Positions 1-12,665 of a DNA stretch of 64,000 nucleotides are shown here, piece by piece. A program made the translations under genes and the position numbers. The stretch covers positions 139,748,001-139,812,000 of the forward strand of contig OZ024740.1 in the NCBI GenBank assembly GCA_964016885.1, written 5' to 3'. Origin of the DNA: Eledone cirrhosa. Taxonomy: Eukaryota. The notes under the pieces are model-generated. The model searched no databases. It was not told the origin of the DNA and saw nothing but the letters and a program-made list of their open reading frames with translations. Numbering within the stretch: position 1 is the first letter of the stretch; each line of letters starts with the position of its first letter.

Positions 1-286
1 CAAAACAAAAACTACAGTCCCCTCACACAACTATCCCTCAACACGTCATATTATGTGTACTAAGTTACCAGCAATAACGATATCTTGGTTGATTTGAGTT
101 TGATAATTCTGCACTAGAAGGAACAGTGACCTCAATATATGGGGAAACTACAAACAAACATGATAATCTGAATGAGATACTGAGATATGTAGTAAGGTTC
201 ACTGGGCCATGATTACAGTGTTCGAAATAAATTTATAATAGATATAGTAAATATGTGTGTTTGTATATATATATATATATATATAT

Positions 287-480
287 AACGAAGGAAATGT
301 GGTAAGGAACCAGGTGGACCATAACGCACCAAAGTACTCAATACTTCGGGTAGTAGAGTGGGTAATAGGAACAAGTAAGACCCCGACGGCTGAGCTCAAG
401 CCGTTTCGACGGCTAATTCTGTACAGTACAGAATTAGCCGTCGAAACGGCTTGAGCTCAGCCGTCGGGGTCTTACTTGTT

Positions 481-485
<5 letters not shown>
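287..485 (-). mobile_element. Short TA-embedded PLE-type 3' end (family A) with partial hammerhead ribozyme and fold-back palindrome
   Basis: Flanked by (TA)n on both sides. 365-485 is a palindrome of 60-bp arms around a 1-nt centre (425). It contains GAAA-CGGCT-tgagctc-AGCCG-TC (443-465 on +, mirrored on -), the 3' half of a type I HHR. The same sequence recurs at 19951-20099, 63627-63788 and as fragments at ~62702-62740 and ~53073-53105. Confidence 0.75.
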
Positions 486-530
<45 letters not shown>

Positions 531-533
<3 letters not shown>

Positions 534-630
534 GTTGTCCCCACAAAATGTATACACATTTTGATTACCTGTACAAGCAATACTTATTAGAATGCTGTTT
601 AAGTGCGTATACATTTTGGGGGATTCTCTA
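531..630. mobile_element. ~100-bp Tc1/mariner-type MITE
   Basis: Imperfect terminal inverted repeats caggttgtccccacaaaatgtatacac / gcgtatacattttgggggattctcta with TA at both ends. They resemble the ta-CAGGGTGTCCCAAAA termini of Tc1/mariner elements. Confidence 0.55.
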
Positions 631-642
631 TATATAAAGAAA

Positions 643-645
<3 letters not shown>

Positions 646-739
<94 letters not shown>

Positions 740-764
740 ACACAAACACAAACACACACACACA
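646..764. repeat. (CA)n microsatellite
   Basis: Direct inspection. Confidence 0.97.
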
Positions 765-861
765 TATATATAGATGTGTACAATGTAAAAAAAAGGTCGG
801 AACAAATAACACAGAACAGTTTGTCTGAGGCTTTAACGATTCTACCCATCTACCACCCCAA

Positions 862-965
862 CACTTAAGTAGTACTGTATTTTATTAACCCCCAAAGAAT
901 AAAAAGCAATCTTGACGTCGGTACGATTTGAAATCAGAACGTAAAGTGACAGAAGAAATACTAAG
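862..965 (-). mobile_element. Degenerate Octopus-type SINE fragment
   Basis: Diverged match to the reverse complement of the SINE core (gatttgaa(c/a)tcagaacgtaaag) seen in better copies in this window. Confidence 0.55.
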
Positions 966-1428
966 GATATTTAATAATAAATGTTTTCATTAGTTGACTT
1001 TCGGCATACAATACATGAAATACATACAATACATGAAACTGAGAAGTAGGTATACGTCGGAGATCCGCCGAAGTTCGTCACTGCTGCACATGCGCAAACG
1101 ATTAATGTCGGATGGGCTGCAAAGTGGATAAAAGTGTCAATCATTTAGTGTACAAATATAGTAAAATGCCAGAAGATATAAGATATGATAGATAGGATAG
1201 ATATGCTGGGAGATCAGTGGGTAATTTGGGTTCAAAATAATGAAAAAAATATGATACGATCACCAGTCAAATGTTATCAAAATGATTGTTGTCAGATCTA
1301 GCGGGGTTCCTCAGTGCAAATTGACGTCATAGCAGTGTCACAGATATTAGATATGATCCTCTTAGTGTAACACTAATATTAGTCATTGAACTAGTGCAAA
1401 CCTTTCTTTACTACACAAATATTATTTA

Positions 1429-1460
1429 CTAGTGAAACCGCGCCGTCAAAATTGACGTCG
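1429..1460 (-). mobile_element. Putative Helitron 3' end
   Basis: On the - strand, hairpin cgtcaa-tt-ttgacg (1444-1457) lies ~11 nt upstream of CTAG (1429-1432), followed by T. This fits the canonical Helitron terminus pattern. Confidence 0.35.
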
Positions 1461-1738
1461 ATTCACATACTCTCGGGTTTCGAATAATCGCTCCCCCACC
1501 CGCTGCCGCGTAGAGTATATTATTACAAGTTATTCATATGCATGTTTTACGTGGGAGAAAAGGTCTACGGAGTTTACGCCCTGACAATGGATGAATTGAA
1601 ATGGAAGAGGTGGATGGAGAACTGGCTAATGAAATCGTTCAAATATACGTCATTAAAAATTAGAGTCAAATATTCCATTAGCGTTGTCTGATTTAATGTA
1701 AACGCTGTCACTTTTACTCTCTCTACTTCTCCTCTGCA

Positions 1739-1771
1739 TCTCTCTCTCTCTCTCTCTCGCTCTCTCTCTCG

Positions 1772-1832
<61 letters not shown>
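1739..1832. repeat. (CT)n microsatellite
   Basis: Direct inspection. Confidence 0.97.
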
Positions 1833-1834
<2 letters not shown>

Positions 1835-2983
1835 AAAAGCAGGGTGAGAGTGTTTCTTAGTAAAGTCGTAAGAATGAGAAAAAAGGGGAGATAAAAAGAG
1901 ATTTTTAAAATTCATGCTCAGAAAAATAAATATATACACTATAGTGTACGATGTGTATTATAATCTCGCTACGTTAAGTACGTCCGCACTAACATGACCA
2001 CTATTTTTCGTGTCGATCGCGTCCCTGTGTGGTTTCCTTCGGGGTTTTATTTTAAGTTATGACAACGCATACTCTTGTAGATTCAAGTACTTCTATATAG
2101 TGACTCTCCTATCACTAACCTAACAAGTATGGAGAGGGGGGGGGGGAGGAGGAAGATGACAAAAATACAGAAAAGGAATAGAGACAACAAAATTAAACAA
2201 AAGAACTGAAACAATAAATGTGAAATTTCTATCCAATTTGTTCCTTCTCAATCTGTTAGAATTCCCCCACAGCCGCCGCCTCCACCATGATTGACAATTA
2301 CAAACCTCTGGTATAGGGTTAGTTAAAGTAGGAAAGCCGGTGGCGGTAATTGTGACAGCGGTGGTAGTGGTGTTTGTGGGGCTTGTGGTACGGGCATCGG
2401 TAATGGTGACAGTGGTCGTTGTGTTTGGTGATAGTGGTGTTAGAGAGGGCATGGGAGGAACATTGTGAGATTATACTTCATGAGGGGGTGGGGATGGTTG
2501 TGTTTTTAGTGCTGGACAAAGGGACAGGGTGAACGATACAAGATGATGTGGGGTAGACATTTTTGTGCAAGCTTCTTTCCATACAAGTGTTTCATAGACA
2601 TTATTGTTATTCTTCCGGTGTTTCTCAGCTTCGGGGGAAGGGACTGGACTCGCCTGACCTATCGGAGAGTACACCAAGTGAACTATGCATGTGTGTGTCG
2701 GTCAAAAGAGGACGAACAAATCTGTTTTGTTGTCTTCATACGTCCCCACCGACATATTGACATTTTTGGTAGGGAGGGTGTGAGTAGAGTAGATGTTGAC
2801 GGTGACCGGGTGGTTAGGGGAAATGTTGTAATGTTGGCAGGGGTTATGGTGGAGTGGTCGGATTTAGTCGTTAGCATTTTTGTTTCTTTTGTTCTCTTTC
2901 CCCCTCTGTCTCTGTATTTACCGCTCTCTCTCTCTTTCTCTCTCCTTTCGCAACTGGAATGTGCCAAGTTATACACACACACA

Positions 2984-2986
<3 letters not shown>

Positions 2987-3065
<79 letters not shown>

Positions 3066-3246
3066 CTTACATACATACATGTTTGGACGCAAAACGAAAA
3101 AGAACCAATCAACACCTAATGTGAATGTAAAAGCTAAGAGAATGAATGAAACTACATCTCTCTCTCTCTACTCCCCCCCCCTCTCTCTCTCCCCCCGCCC
3201 TCTCTCTCTCTCTCTACATATATATATATATATATATATAATATAT

Positions 3247-3312
<66 letters not shown>

Positions 3313-3374
3313 TAAAAACGCGGAAAGACTCCTCGTTATAGGGTACTCTAACCCTGAACTAGGGAAACGGAAAA

Positions 3375-3430
<56 letters not shown>
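2987..3430. repeat. Cluster of (TA)n tracts with short unique islands between them
   Basis: (TA)n at ~2987-3061, ~3219-3307 and ~3377-3430. Confidence 0.9.
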
Positions 3431-3433
<3 letters not shown>

Positions 3434-3705
3434 AAAGTTATATCTATATATTTTACTCTATTGAAGTAACCAAGACTATGTAAATGTATAATGAATTTAC
3501 ATATTTTTAGTATATAAACATGTAAACATCCGGTTACATAAATTATAAATACCTTTAATCTAAAATGATTAAAGGTATTTATCAGGGGGTTTTCATATAG
3601 TTAGCGTGTTTACATATCTATATATTAAAATGTGCAAATTTATATATACCTTTGTGTTATCTAGGTTACCTACATTCTGTTTATATACAGATATAACTTT
3701 ATATA
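3431..3705. repeat. Old, diverged inverted repeat adjacent to (TA)n
   Basis: ataaagttatatct..gtaacc..atgtaaaca (3432-3529) mirrors tgtttacat..ggttac..agatataactttat (3607-3702). The centre is the hairpin aatacctttaatc/gattaaaggtatt next to atcagg, which reads CTGATAA on - (a possible decayed HHR core). Confidence 0.55.
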
Positions 3706-3732
3706 CTTCGGCTGATTAGCGCACAAATATAG

Positions 3733-3979
3733 GATTGGAGCTCTGAAATAGTGATGTATACATGAATGTATGTATAATATATTTGGCAATATACCGTATG
3801 TTTAATTAAAAACACTTAGAAGACTATACGCTATCAGTTTTAAAGAAGTGACTATGTCACTTCTTTCGCCGAATATAAGTAAGTGACATAGTCACTACTT
3901 TAAAACTGATAGCGTATGGTCTTCTAAGTGTTTTTAATTAAACATACAGTATATTGCCAAATATATTATACATACATTC

Positions 3980-3981
<2 letters not shown>
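3733..3981 (-). mobile_element. TA-associated fold-back element (family B) with partial hammerhead
   Basis: Arms 3762-3862 and 3881-3981 are near-perfect inverted repeats. On -, GAAA-GAAGTGAC-ata-GTCACTTC-TT (3867-3843) matches an HHR GAAA, stem III and UH site. A second family copy is at 57954-58208. Confidence 0.7.
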
Positions 3982-4031
<50 letters not shown>

Positions 4032-4649
4032 AATCGTAGGGGCGCCATCATGACATAGAACTTTTCTTGGACATTTTAAACCTGGCGGAACCCATCCCCT
4101 CCCCAGGTCTGAACACACCAGATTTCTTCCATAGAAGGAGAGAAAGTGGGCTAGACAGGAAATAAGAAAGAGGTATAGAGGAAGAATCTACCCCAGTAAT
4201 TTTGTTATCGGACTGAAATGGATGAAAGCAAGGGCCTTGTTTCAGAGGAGTACCAAGGGACAAATCCCCTCCACTTTTTCCCAATTAAAAAACAAATAAA
4301 ATCCCACTAACAAGTCATACATATGTATAATACATATTGTCACATGTTTATTTATGTGTATATATTTATATGAATATATATACCCCTAAGCTGCAATAGG
4401 TATTGAATTTTGTTCGATATTTACATCCATTTGCTAAAAATTGAAAATTTTGTTTATTTGATATAATAAATTCTTTTTAAGCTTATTTTTTTTAATATCT
4501 GAACTTCATTTGAATATATAAAATTTGATTAGCGTAAAATCTTATTTATGTGACAGGGTCCGGGAAAGGCACCATAAGCAATTTATGCTCCTTTAAGAAT
4601 CAACAAATGTTGGTTTGTCCCCCTCACATTTTTAAGGCAAACGAGGTCC

Positions 4650-4765
4650 CTGGATGACAGGCAAAGTTAAGCTCGGCGGGGTTTGAACTCGGAATGAAGG
4701 TAGCTGGAATGAATACTGCAAATCCTTTTATCCAATGTACTAACGACTCGGTGAATTCTCCTATA
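4650..4765 (-). mobile_element. Degenerate Octopus-type SINE
   Basis: ggatgacaggcaaagttaagctcggcggggtttgaactc matches the reverse complement of the SINE core. Confidence 0.65.
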
Positions 4766-5903
4766 TGTTGAAATATACTGGGTAAGAAAAACATTACTTT
4801 GTTTAAAGTAGTTTAGTTAATATGAAGCATTGTGAGATATCTAATAAATGACTGATAAGTATTTCCGAAAGCCAGTACAATGCAGTAGAAATATATAAAG
4901 GGTAAAGGATGGCAAATAAAACAAAACAAAGTAGTGTTTTTCTTACCCAGTATATTTCAACATAATATTTCATGGTTAATATCCCTTTTTCAAATGCTAA
5001 GCAAATAAAAACAAACGATGTAAAACAAAACGAACGATGTGTTCTTCCTGAACTGGTCCAAGTGTCAGGATTGCGAATGCGGGGATCAGTCATAGAAGTC
5101 ACTCTGTCCAATGTAGTTCTGATCTATTGTTTATTTGTGACTTCTGAGAGTTGATGATCACAGCCTCTTTAATTCTTAAATTTCTAACATTCCTTCCCGT
5201 CAATTATATGTCTCGTTTGCAGCATTTGTTAATATGTTTTTTGACAGAATCTCTCGTTGTCATGGGCTCCTTGATACATATGTGCAACATCCGGACAGTA
5301 CTTACGATGTACAAAGAGCTACATTGTCTACGTGTGATCCTGTAAACTACATACGCTTTCATGCACATTTCTGCATTCTTGATGGGACATTTAGGAAGTG
5401 TGCATATATCATTGTATTCAGGTAGGGGGTTGTAGAGTTGTCTTCTCAAGGAAGATCTCACGTGTGTCAGCTGTATGTTCAGGCTTTCCCTACTGATGGC
5501 TTGTCGGATGGCAGCGGTTGTCTTTTCATTGAAATGCGGCAGCTTTAGATAACATATGCTATCTCGATGAACACGCGACCTCCTTGTTCTTTAAGGTGAT
5601 GCCTTAGCATTTCAGCATTTGGTGAGAGAAAGGTGGTTAGCCATTCTCGGTGAGAATTCTTTAGAATTCCTCCATGCTGGTGTATTTGTTGGTACCTTCT
5701 CTGCATTTGTTGCGTATTCAGAAGATCTCATTCTGCTTTGTTTTACATCGTGTTTCTTTTTTTTTTCTTTGCATTTAAGAAAAGGGTATTAATATACTGG
5801 GTAAGAAAAACATTTTTTTGTTTGCTTTATTTGTCATCATTTGCCCTTCATATATTTCTACCGCTTTGAATCGATTTTCTAAAATACTTCCTCGTTTTTT
5901 CTA

Positions 5904-5905
<2 letters not shown>
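4765..5905 (-). mobile_element. 5'-truncated Penelope-like element with inverted copy of its 3' region
   Basis: Contains the GIY-YIG remnant listed next. The 3' region 4855-5030 is mirrored at 5735-5890 (inverted pseudo-LTR arrangement typical of PLEs), and 4765-4803 mirrors 4922-4963. Ends at the long (TA)n starting at ~5904. Confidence 0.75.
5099..5665 (-). pseudogene. PLE RT C-terminus/linker plus GIY-YIG endonuclease, decayed
   Basis: Manual translation: ILTENG*PP (decayed NGYP motif) ... CYLKLPHFNEKTT ... CTLPKCPI...C..AYVVYRITRRQCSSLYIVSTVRMLHICIKEP...SVKKHINKC..*..NLRIKEAVIINSQKSQINNRSE. This gives VVY/YIG-like motifs, the R-x-x-EH position, and the terminal E and N of GIY-YIG. In-frame stops are present. 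Confidence 0.85.
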
Positions 5906-6200
<295 letters not shown>

Positions 6201-6892
6201 TATTACTCCAAGATAAACTTAAAAAGGAATACAAGTGAAATCATAAACTCGCCACCTACGTAAACCCCTTGTTGAGTCAAACAACGCCGTACGCTAAAAC
6301 TATCCATAATACGAAGTATTCACAACCTCTAACTGGATTACCTATAACGATATTTTATTTTGTTATCCCTTATATATATATATATATATAATTAATTTAA
6401 TACAATAACAGAGATAGTTTAAAGCTAAACTCTGACTGGTAACCATCTCACTCAACAAACATTAGGTTATATTAAAATATAAACCCAATTTAAGTGTTTG
6501 GGGTGCTAACAATATGTATAATGTGGAAAAACCAGTTGTATTATTTTATGAGATATAATTAAAGATAAAGTATATCTCTCTTTCCAAACATTTGTTTCAT
6601 TATAAGTTTTCTACAAGTTTGGGAGAATGTTTCCAGTTTATGTAGAAGCCTAATATATAATCATGTAAGAATATATTTAGGTGGGCACTTATAAATCATC
6701 AGTGGAAGCCCATTAAACATTGATATAAGAAAACAATTTCTTACCGCTGTCAAAAATCATGTTCGTAAAGTAGCTCTCTCTCACCTCGAATGACCGCCAA
6801 ATTTGAAATTCCAGCAGTTTTTGACTGGGGAAGTATCATAGCGACACGAAGCGGGAAGGGGAGACAACCCACGATCCACGAAATGAGGAAAA

Positions 6893-7290
6893 AAAATATA
6901 ATATACACGCGGGTTAATTAGTTTTTTTGAAAACATTATCAATCCAACGTGTTTAAGAACTCAATTGAAAATAAAAAAATAAATATATGCTTGTATAAAT
7001 TACACACGCTTATAGATATTTTCTTAGGCTAAATCAGAAGTTGTACCCGAATAAGAACCGCTTCTCATAACCGCAGTAAATGCAGAAAGTTATGCTATAA
7101 AGGGCAAATGGGAATATAATTCTCCGGCCGAATTATTAAGAGTAAAATATAAAACACACGCGGGTTAATTAGTTATTTCAAAACCAATATTAATTCCTCG
7201 TGTAAAGAACTCAATTAATAAAAGAAAATAAATACATATATGCATGTAATTATATACGTAGGCATATATATATATTTTACTAGGCTAAAA
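6893..7290. repeat. Diverged ~250-bp-period tandem duplication
   Basis: aaaatataa..acacgcgggttaattagtt..aagaactcaatt..taggctaaa..agaagtt appears at ~6893-7045 and ~7144-7305. Confidence 0.7.
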
Positions 7291-7439
7291 AACAGAGAAG
7301 TTACAACCAAATATATATATATGTGTGTGGGGGGGGGGTGTAAGGTCATACCAGGTGTTGAACTTATCAACCATCTTCTTTGTCTTCTCTATTCTGAACG
7401 GAATAGAAATAAGGATATGGCTAATGAAACCAAGAAATG

Positions 7440-8172
7440 ACTTACAAGTCATACCACGCAGTGTGCAATTAAGTTTACTGTCTGCTTGAGTTTGTTTGGC
7501 AGAGCATGCTTTGTGGTTCTGTATTAGCCCACCTGCTGAGTGACACACTTTGGTATCGTTGCCACATGCAAAACTAAGGTGTACGGGGTACTGAAAAGTG
7601 TTATTTCCATGAGTATGACGTCTGCTATGGCTTAATAGCTCAGCCTTTGACATACATACACGTCCGAATACCTCACAATTAAGAGTCTCTTTCGAACCCT
7701 GTTCAGAGAGCGGACTAATATGCTCCATATATTTAACTGCTCACATTACTTCAACATAGGCTCTCAAAATCTTTTCAAATTCCTTAACACCGGTAGCAAT
7801 CAGATTGCTGGTGCAAGATTTTCCCATGTTACGGTGTTGACCTTCTTCAGGGTATCATTAAGGCAGTATTTAAAACACTTGTGGTGTTTACCTTGTAACA
7901 ATTCTCCATACAATGCTTGTTTTGAGAATCTTACTATGTGACCTGGCCACCAGAGACACTATTTCATAATCATGGTCTCGATGCTAAGCAGACAGGCCCG
8001 CTGCAGCACATCACTGTCTGTTGTATGACACCTCATGGAATCTTGAGGATGGAGCGCAAGAATTGTTAGTGGAAATGTTTGGGACGCGGGATATGCCGTC
8101 AGTATAAGTTGTCCATGTTTCACATCCATACATCAAGGTTGTAAGCGCTCATGCTTCATATACTTCAACTTA
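7440..8172 (-). pseudogene. RTE-clade LINE 3' fragment (RT C-terminal region plus C2H2-like zinc fingers)
   Basis: Frameshifted translation: TTLMYGCETWTTY ... TDSDVLQRACLLSIETMIMK*CLWWPGHIVRFSKQALYGELLQG..FKYCLNDTLK..TWENLA, then CEVFGRVCMSKAELLSHSRRH. These motifs are characteristic of RTE ORF2 C-termini. Confidence 0.85.
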
Positions 8173-8187
8173 CATGCGCATTCAAAC

Positions 8188-8921
8188 ACATATACATACG
8201 TACGTACGTACATTCATACATACATACGCACATACATACATACATACATACACACATACATACATACATACATACATACATACATACATACATACATACA
8301 TACATACATACATACATACATACATACATGATGGCTGCCCCCTCGTTATCGAGTATGGCCATTGCATGATATACCATTATTAATAATTATTAATTAATTC
8401 TATCGTGCAATGCCTGTGCATGATGATACTTTTTAAAGTGAGGAAAGACCGTGCACTGAACCAATCCCACTCTCTGAGTCGCCGACGATCCGACCATGCG
8501 ACAGGTTGTACTGTTGTATGTACATACATACATACATACATACATACATACATACATACATACATACATACATACATACATACATACATGGTGGCTGCCA
8601 ACTCGTTTTCGAGTACGGCCACTAATTTATATCCATGTAGGAGAACCCCTACTGATGCGCTGAACGAGTGTGACTTTTTAGTCCAGCCAGCAACTTGAAA
8701 ACTCTGGTACAAACACTACACTTGTGACAATTATTGACACATAGTGCTGGGCCCATGGTACCATGTGACGACAAGTGCAGAGAGATCTCCAGATATATAG
8801 CAATGCCTGTGCCGTGAAGCTTTTATAGTGAGCAAAGGCACTGCACAAAGCCAGTCCCACTCTCTTAACCAAGATGATATTTATATACATACATACATAC
8901 ATACATACATACATACATACA
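8188..8921. repeat. Three (CATA)n tracts separating two related unique units
   Basis: Units 8328-8515 and 8588-8880 both begin tg(a/g)tggctgcc..ctcgtt.tcgagta.ggcca and end with gcaatgcctgtgc..gtgag..tgcac..cca.tcccactctct. Confidence 0.8.
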
Positions 8922-9479
8922 AGTGGTGTGCGTGTGCGTGTAATATGTGTGAGTGTTTGAGCAGAGTGTAGACAGAAGTGTCTGTTAAAACTCTAACCTG
9001 AAGATATCGAGTTCATATCGAACAAAGAGAGAAGTGGTGTTAAAAGCAAATAGTTTGTTCTCATTACACGCTGTCAGATTGGTACTTGTCACTATGGCGT
9101 GTCTAAAAACCAACAAATGATGACGGGCCCTGATAATGATTATCATTATCATTGTTTCATTTTTATTGTTTATATATATATATGTTTCTATGTCTTTTTT
9201 AATAAAAATATTTACACGAACAAAATCCACGTCGTACCGCCCTGTACCGTCCTGTGCCGTCCTGTACCGTCCTGTGCCGTCTGTAATGTTTTTCTTGATG
9301 TCAGCCCTTGTGGCCAATAAAGAAATCATTATCATTGTTTTTTGTTATTATTATTATTGCGATTATTATTATTTGTTTAAACAATGTAGCTTTGTGATTG
9401 TGCGATGATGGGTAGTAGGAATATCTGTAACAGTGGTTACCTCTAATAGGGCTGGGGTTGATACTGCTGACGACCGTAG

Positions 9480-10620
9480 TGATGATGATATTTATGACGA
9501 CAACGACTACGATGATGGTGATGGTGATGGTGATGGTGATGAGGATGATGATGATGATGGTGGTGGTGGTGGTGGTGGTGATGGTGGTGGTGATGGTGGT
9601 GGTGGTGATGGTGGTGGTGGTGGTAGTAGTGGTGGTGGTGGTGGTGGTGGTGGTGGTGGTGGTGGTGGTGGTGGTGGTGATGGTGGTGGTGATGGTGGTG
9701 GTGATGGTGGTGGTGGTGATGGTGGTGGTGATGGTGGTGGTGGTGATGGTGGTGGTGATGGTGGTGGTGGTGGTAGTGGTGGTGGTGGTGGTGGTGGTGG
9801 TGGTGGTGGTGGTGGTGGGTTTGGTGGTGGTGGTGGTGGTGGTGGTGGTGGTGGTGGTGGTGGTGGTGGTGGTGATGGTGGTGGTGATGGTGGTGGTGGT
9901 GGTGGTGGTGATGGTGGTGGTGATGGTGGTGGTGATGGTGGTGATGGTGGTGGTGATGGTGGTGGTGATGGTGGTGATGGTGGTGGTGGTGGTAGTGGTG
10001 GTGGTGGTGGTGGTGGTGGTGGTGGTGGTGGTGGTGGTGGTGGTGGTGGTGATGGTGGTGGTGATGGTGGTGGTGATGGTGGTGATGGTGGTGGTGATGG
10101 TGGTGGTGATGGTGGTGATGGTGGTGGTGGTGGTGGTGGTGGTGGTGGTGGTGGTGGTGGTGATGGTGGTGGTGGTGGTGGTGGTGGTGGTGTTGATGGT
10201 AGTGGTGGTGGTGGTGGTGGTGGTGGTGGTGATGGTAGTGGTGGTGGTGGTGGTGTTGATGATGGTGGGGGGAGGGGGAGTAGTGGTTGGGGGGGGGGGG
10301 GGTGATGGTAGTGGGGGGGGGTGTGGTGATGATGGTGGTGGTGGTGGTGGTGGTGGTGGTGATGATGGTGGTGATGGTGGTGGTGGTGGTGATGGTGGTG
10401 GTGGTGGTAGTGGTGGTGGTGGTGGTGGTGGTGGTGGTGGTGGTGGTGATGATGGTGGTGGTGATGGTGATGATGGTGGTGGTGATGGTGATGATGGTGA
10501 TGGTGATGGTGGTGGTGATGGTGATGGTGGTGGTGGTGGTGGTGGTGATGATGGTGGTGGTGGTGGTGGTGGTGGTGAAGATGAGGAGGAGTAGGAGGAG
10601 GGGAAGGGGTGGTGGTGATT
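9480..10620. repeat. ~1.1 kb compound (GGT/GAT)n trinucleotide repeat
   Basis: Direct inspection. The poly-G/V/H/P ORFs here are artefacts of the repeat. Confidence 0.95.
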
Positions 10621-10735
10621 AGGGTGACATATGTTGATTTAACTGATCGTTTTATATAGCAAAATATTTTCAGACACGCACACATAAACACGGATATACT
10701 CAGACGCACACGTCCACACACATACATTGCTTCCT

Positions 10736-11552
10736 ACATACATACACACACACACATACATACACACATACACACATACACACATACATGCATACACACA
10801 TACATACATGCATACACACATACACACATACATACATGCATACACACATACATACACACATACATACATACATACATACACGCATACATACATACACACA
10901 TACATACACACATACACACATACATGCATACACACATACATACATACATACATACATACATACATACATACACACATACATACATACATACATACATACA
11001 TACACACATACATACACACATACACACATACACACATACATACATACATACATACATACATACATACACACATACATACACACATACATACATACACACA
11101 TACATACACACATACATACACACATACATACATGCATACACACATACATACACACATACATACATACACACATACATACATACATACACACATACATACA
11201 TACACACATACATACACACACACACACACACACAAACACACACATACACACATACATACATACATAGATACATACATACATACACACATACATACATGCA
11301 TACACATATACACACATACGTACATACATACATACATACACACACACATACATACACACACTCACACATACATACATACACACATACATACATACATACA
11401 TACGTACATACATACATACACACACACATATATACATACATACGTACATACATACATACATACACACACATATATACATACATACGTACATACATACATG
11501 CATACATACACACACACATACATACATACGTACATACATACATACATACATA
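10736..11552. repeat. ~0.8 kb compound (CATA/CACA)n microsatellite
   Basis: Direct inspection. Confidence 0.97.
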
Positions 11553-11931
11553 TGTACGTTATTCAACTTACACCGACACAGAAAACGAACCTCACACTAA
11601 CACACATATACAAATATGGATGTCATGGTAAATTACTCATTTACTTTATAATGATGCCATCTTTGACATGGAGGTCGAGGGTGGGTGCTGGCCTCTATGG
11701 GGGACATCGCTGGTCAATCTATCTATCTGTTTGATTATTTATTGTCTGGTTTTATATCTCTCTTCATGGTATGCTTCAGTGTGTGTGTGTATATATATAT
11801 ATATGTGTGTGTGTATGTGTGTGTGTGTGTGCGTTTTTGTGTGTGTGTCTCATTCACTCTCTCACTCTCCCTTTTCCTTTCTCTTCCGTTGTTTCTTTTT
11901 CTCTCTCGCTCTCTCTCTCTTTCACACACAG

Positions 11932-12062
11932 TACAGTGAAATTCCGTTATAACGAAATTCACGGAGTATAAAATATTGGTTGTAACGAAAAATTCTTTAT
12001 AACGTGATCAACCTAACACATCGGGCGTGTGGCCGAGGATTGAAATAAATTTCGTTATACTG
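11932..12062. mobile_element. pogo/Tigger-like MITE fragment
   Basis: ta-CAGTGAAATTCCGTTATAACGAA start, repeated (at)aacg motifs and an inverted atttcgttata at ~12049-12059. Confidence 0.4.
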
Positions 12063-12665
12063 AAAAAGTTATTGGGACACGTAGAATAGAGTGAAGCGAG
12101 CGAGACATGTAAACAAACAGAGGTGGTAATGCAACGGAAAGAGAGGAAGAGGGGAAACAAGTCTGTGATATCTGTGAACTTAAGTTCGATCAAATCAGAT
12201 GCGTCCGAGCCGTGTGAGATGTAAGCGAGAAAAGGATTTCTCACAGGTCAGACGGGAGGAAGTGAGTGAGGGGGAGTAGCAGAGAGTGAGTGAGTGAAAG
12301 TGTGAGGAAAAGGCCAGCTGAGAGAGAGTGACTGGCAGAGGGGGTGAAATGAAGGTGAGAGATACAGAGAAAGAGGATAGCTGTAAGAAAGAAACAGACT
12401 GGTCACAGCGGAGGGAAAAATGTAAATGAAAATGGCGTGCTGCGTTGTTGCAAATGGGATACATATGAATAAAAGTCCGTCATCAGTGGTTGCATTACCA
12501 TCTCTGTTTGTTTACATGTCTCGCTCACTTCACCCTATTCTACGTGTCCCAATAACTTTTTTAGTTATTGCTCGCACCAGCCAGAGGTATATGATCTTTA
12601 ATGCGAAGAAATACTATCTTTATTCACATGTGTCCCATTTGCAACAACTCAGCACGCCATTTTTC

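Noticed and set aside
2120-2988. Thr/Pro-rich - strand ORFs resembling a mucin or membrane protein
   Set aside because: Split by stops and a frame change, low-complexity (ACC/ACA-rich), with no recognisable domain
4845-4890. HHR at the 3' end of the 5 kb PLE (actg..GAAAtacttaTCagt on -)
   Set aside because: No CUGANGA core and no clear stem II; too decayed to call
9433-11734. Long Gly-, Val-, Pro/His- and YVCM-rich ORFs
   Set aside because: They are translations of (GGT)n and (CATA)n repeats open in several frames on both strands, with no splice or domain evidence
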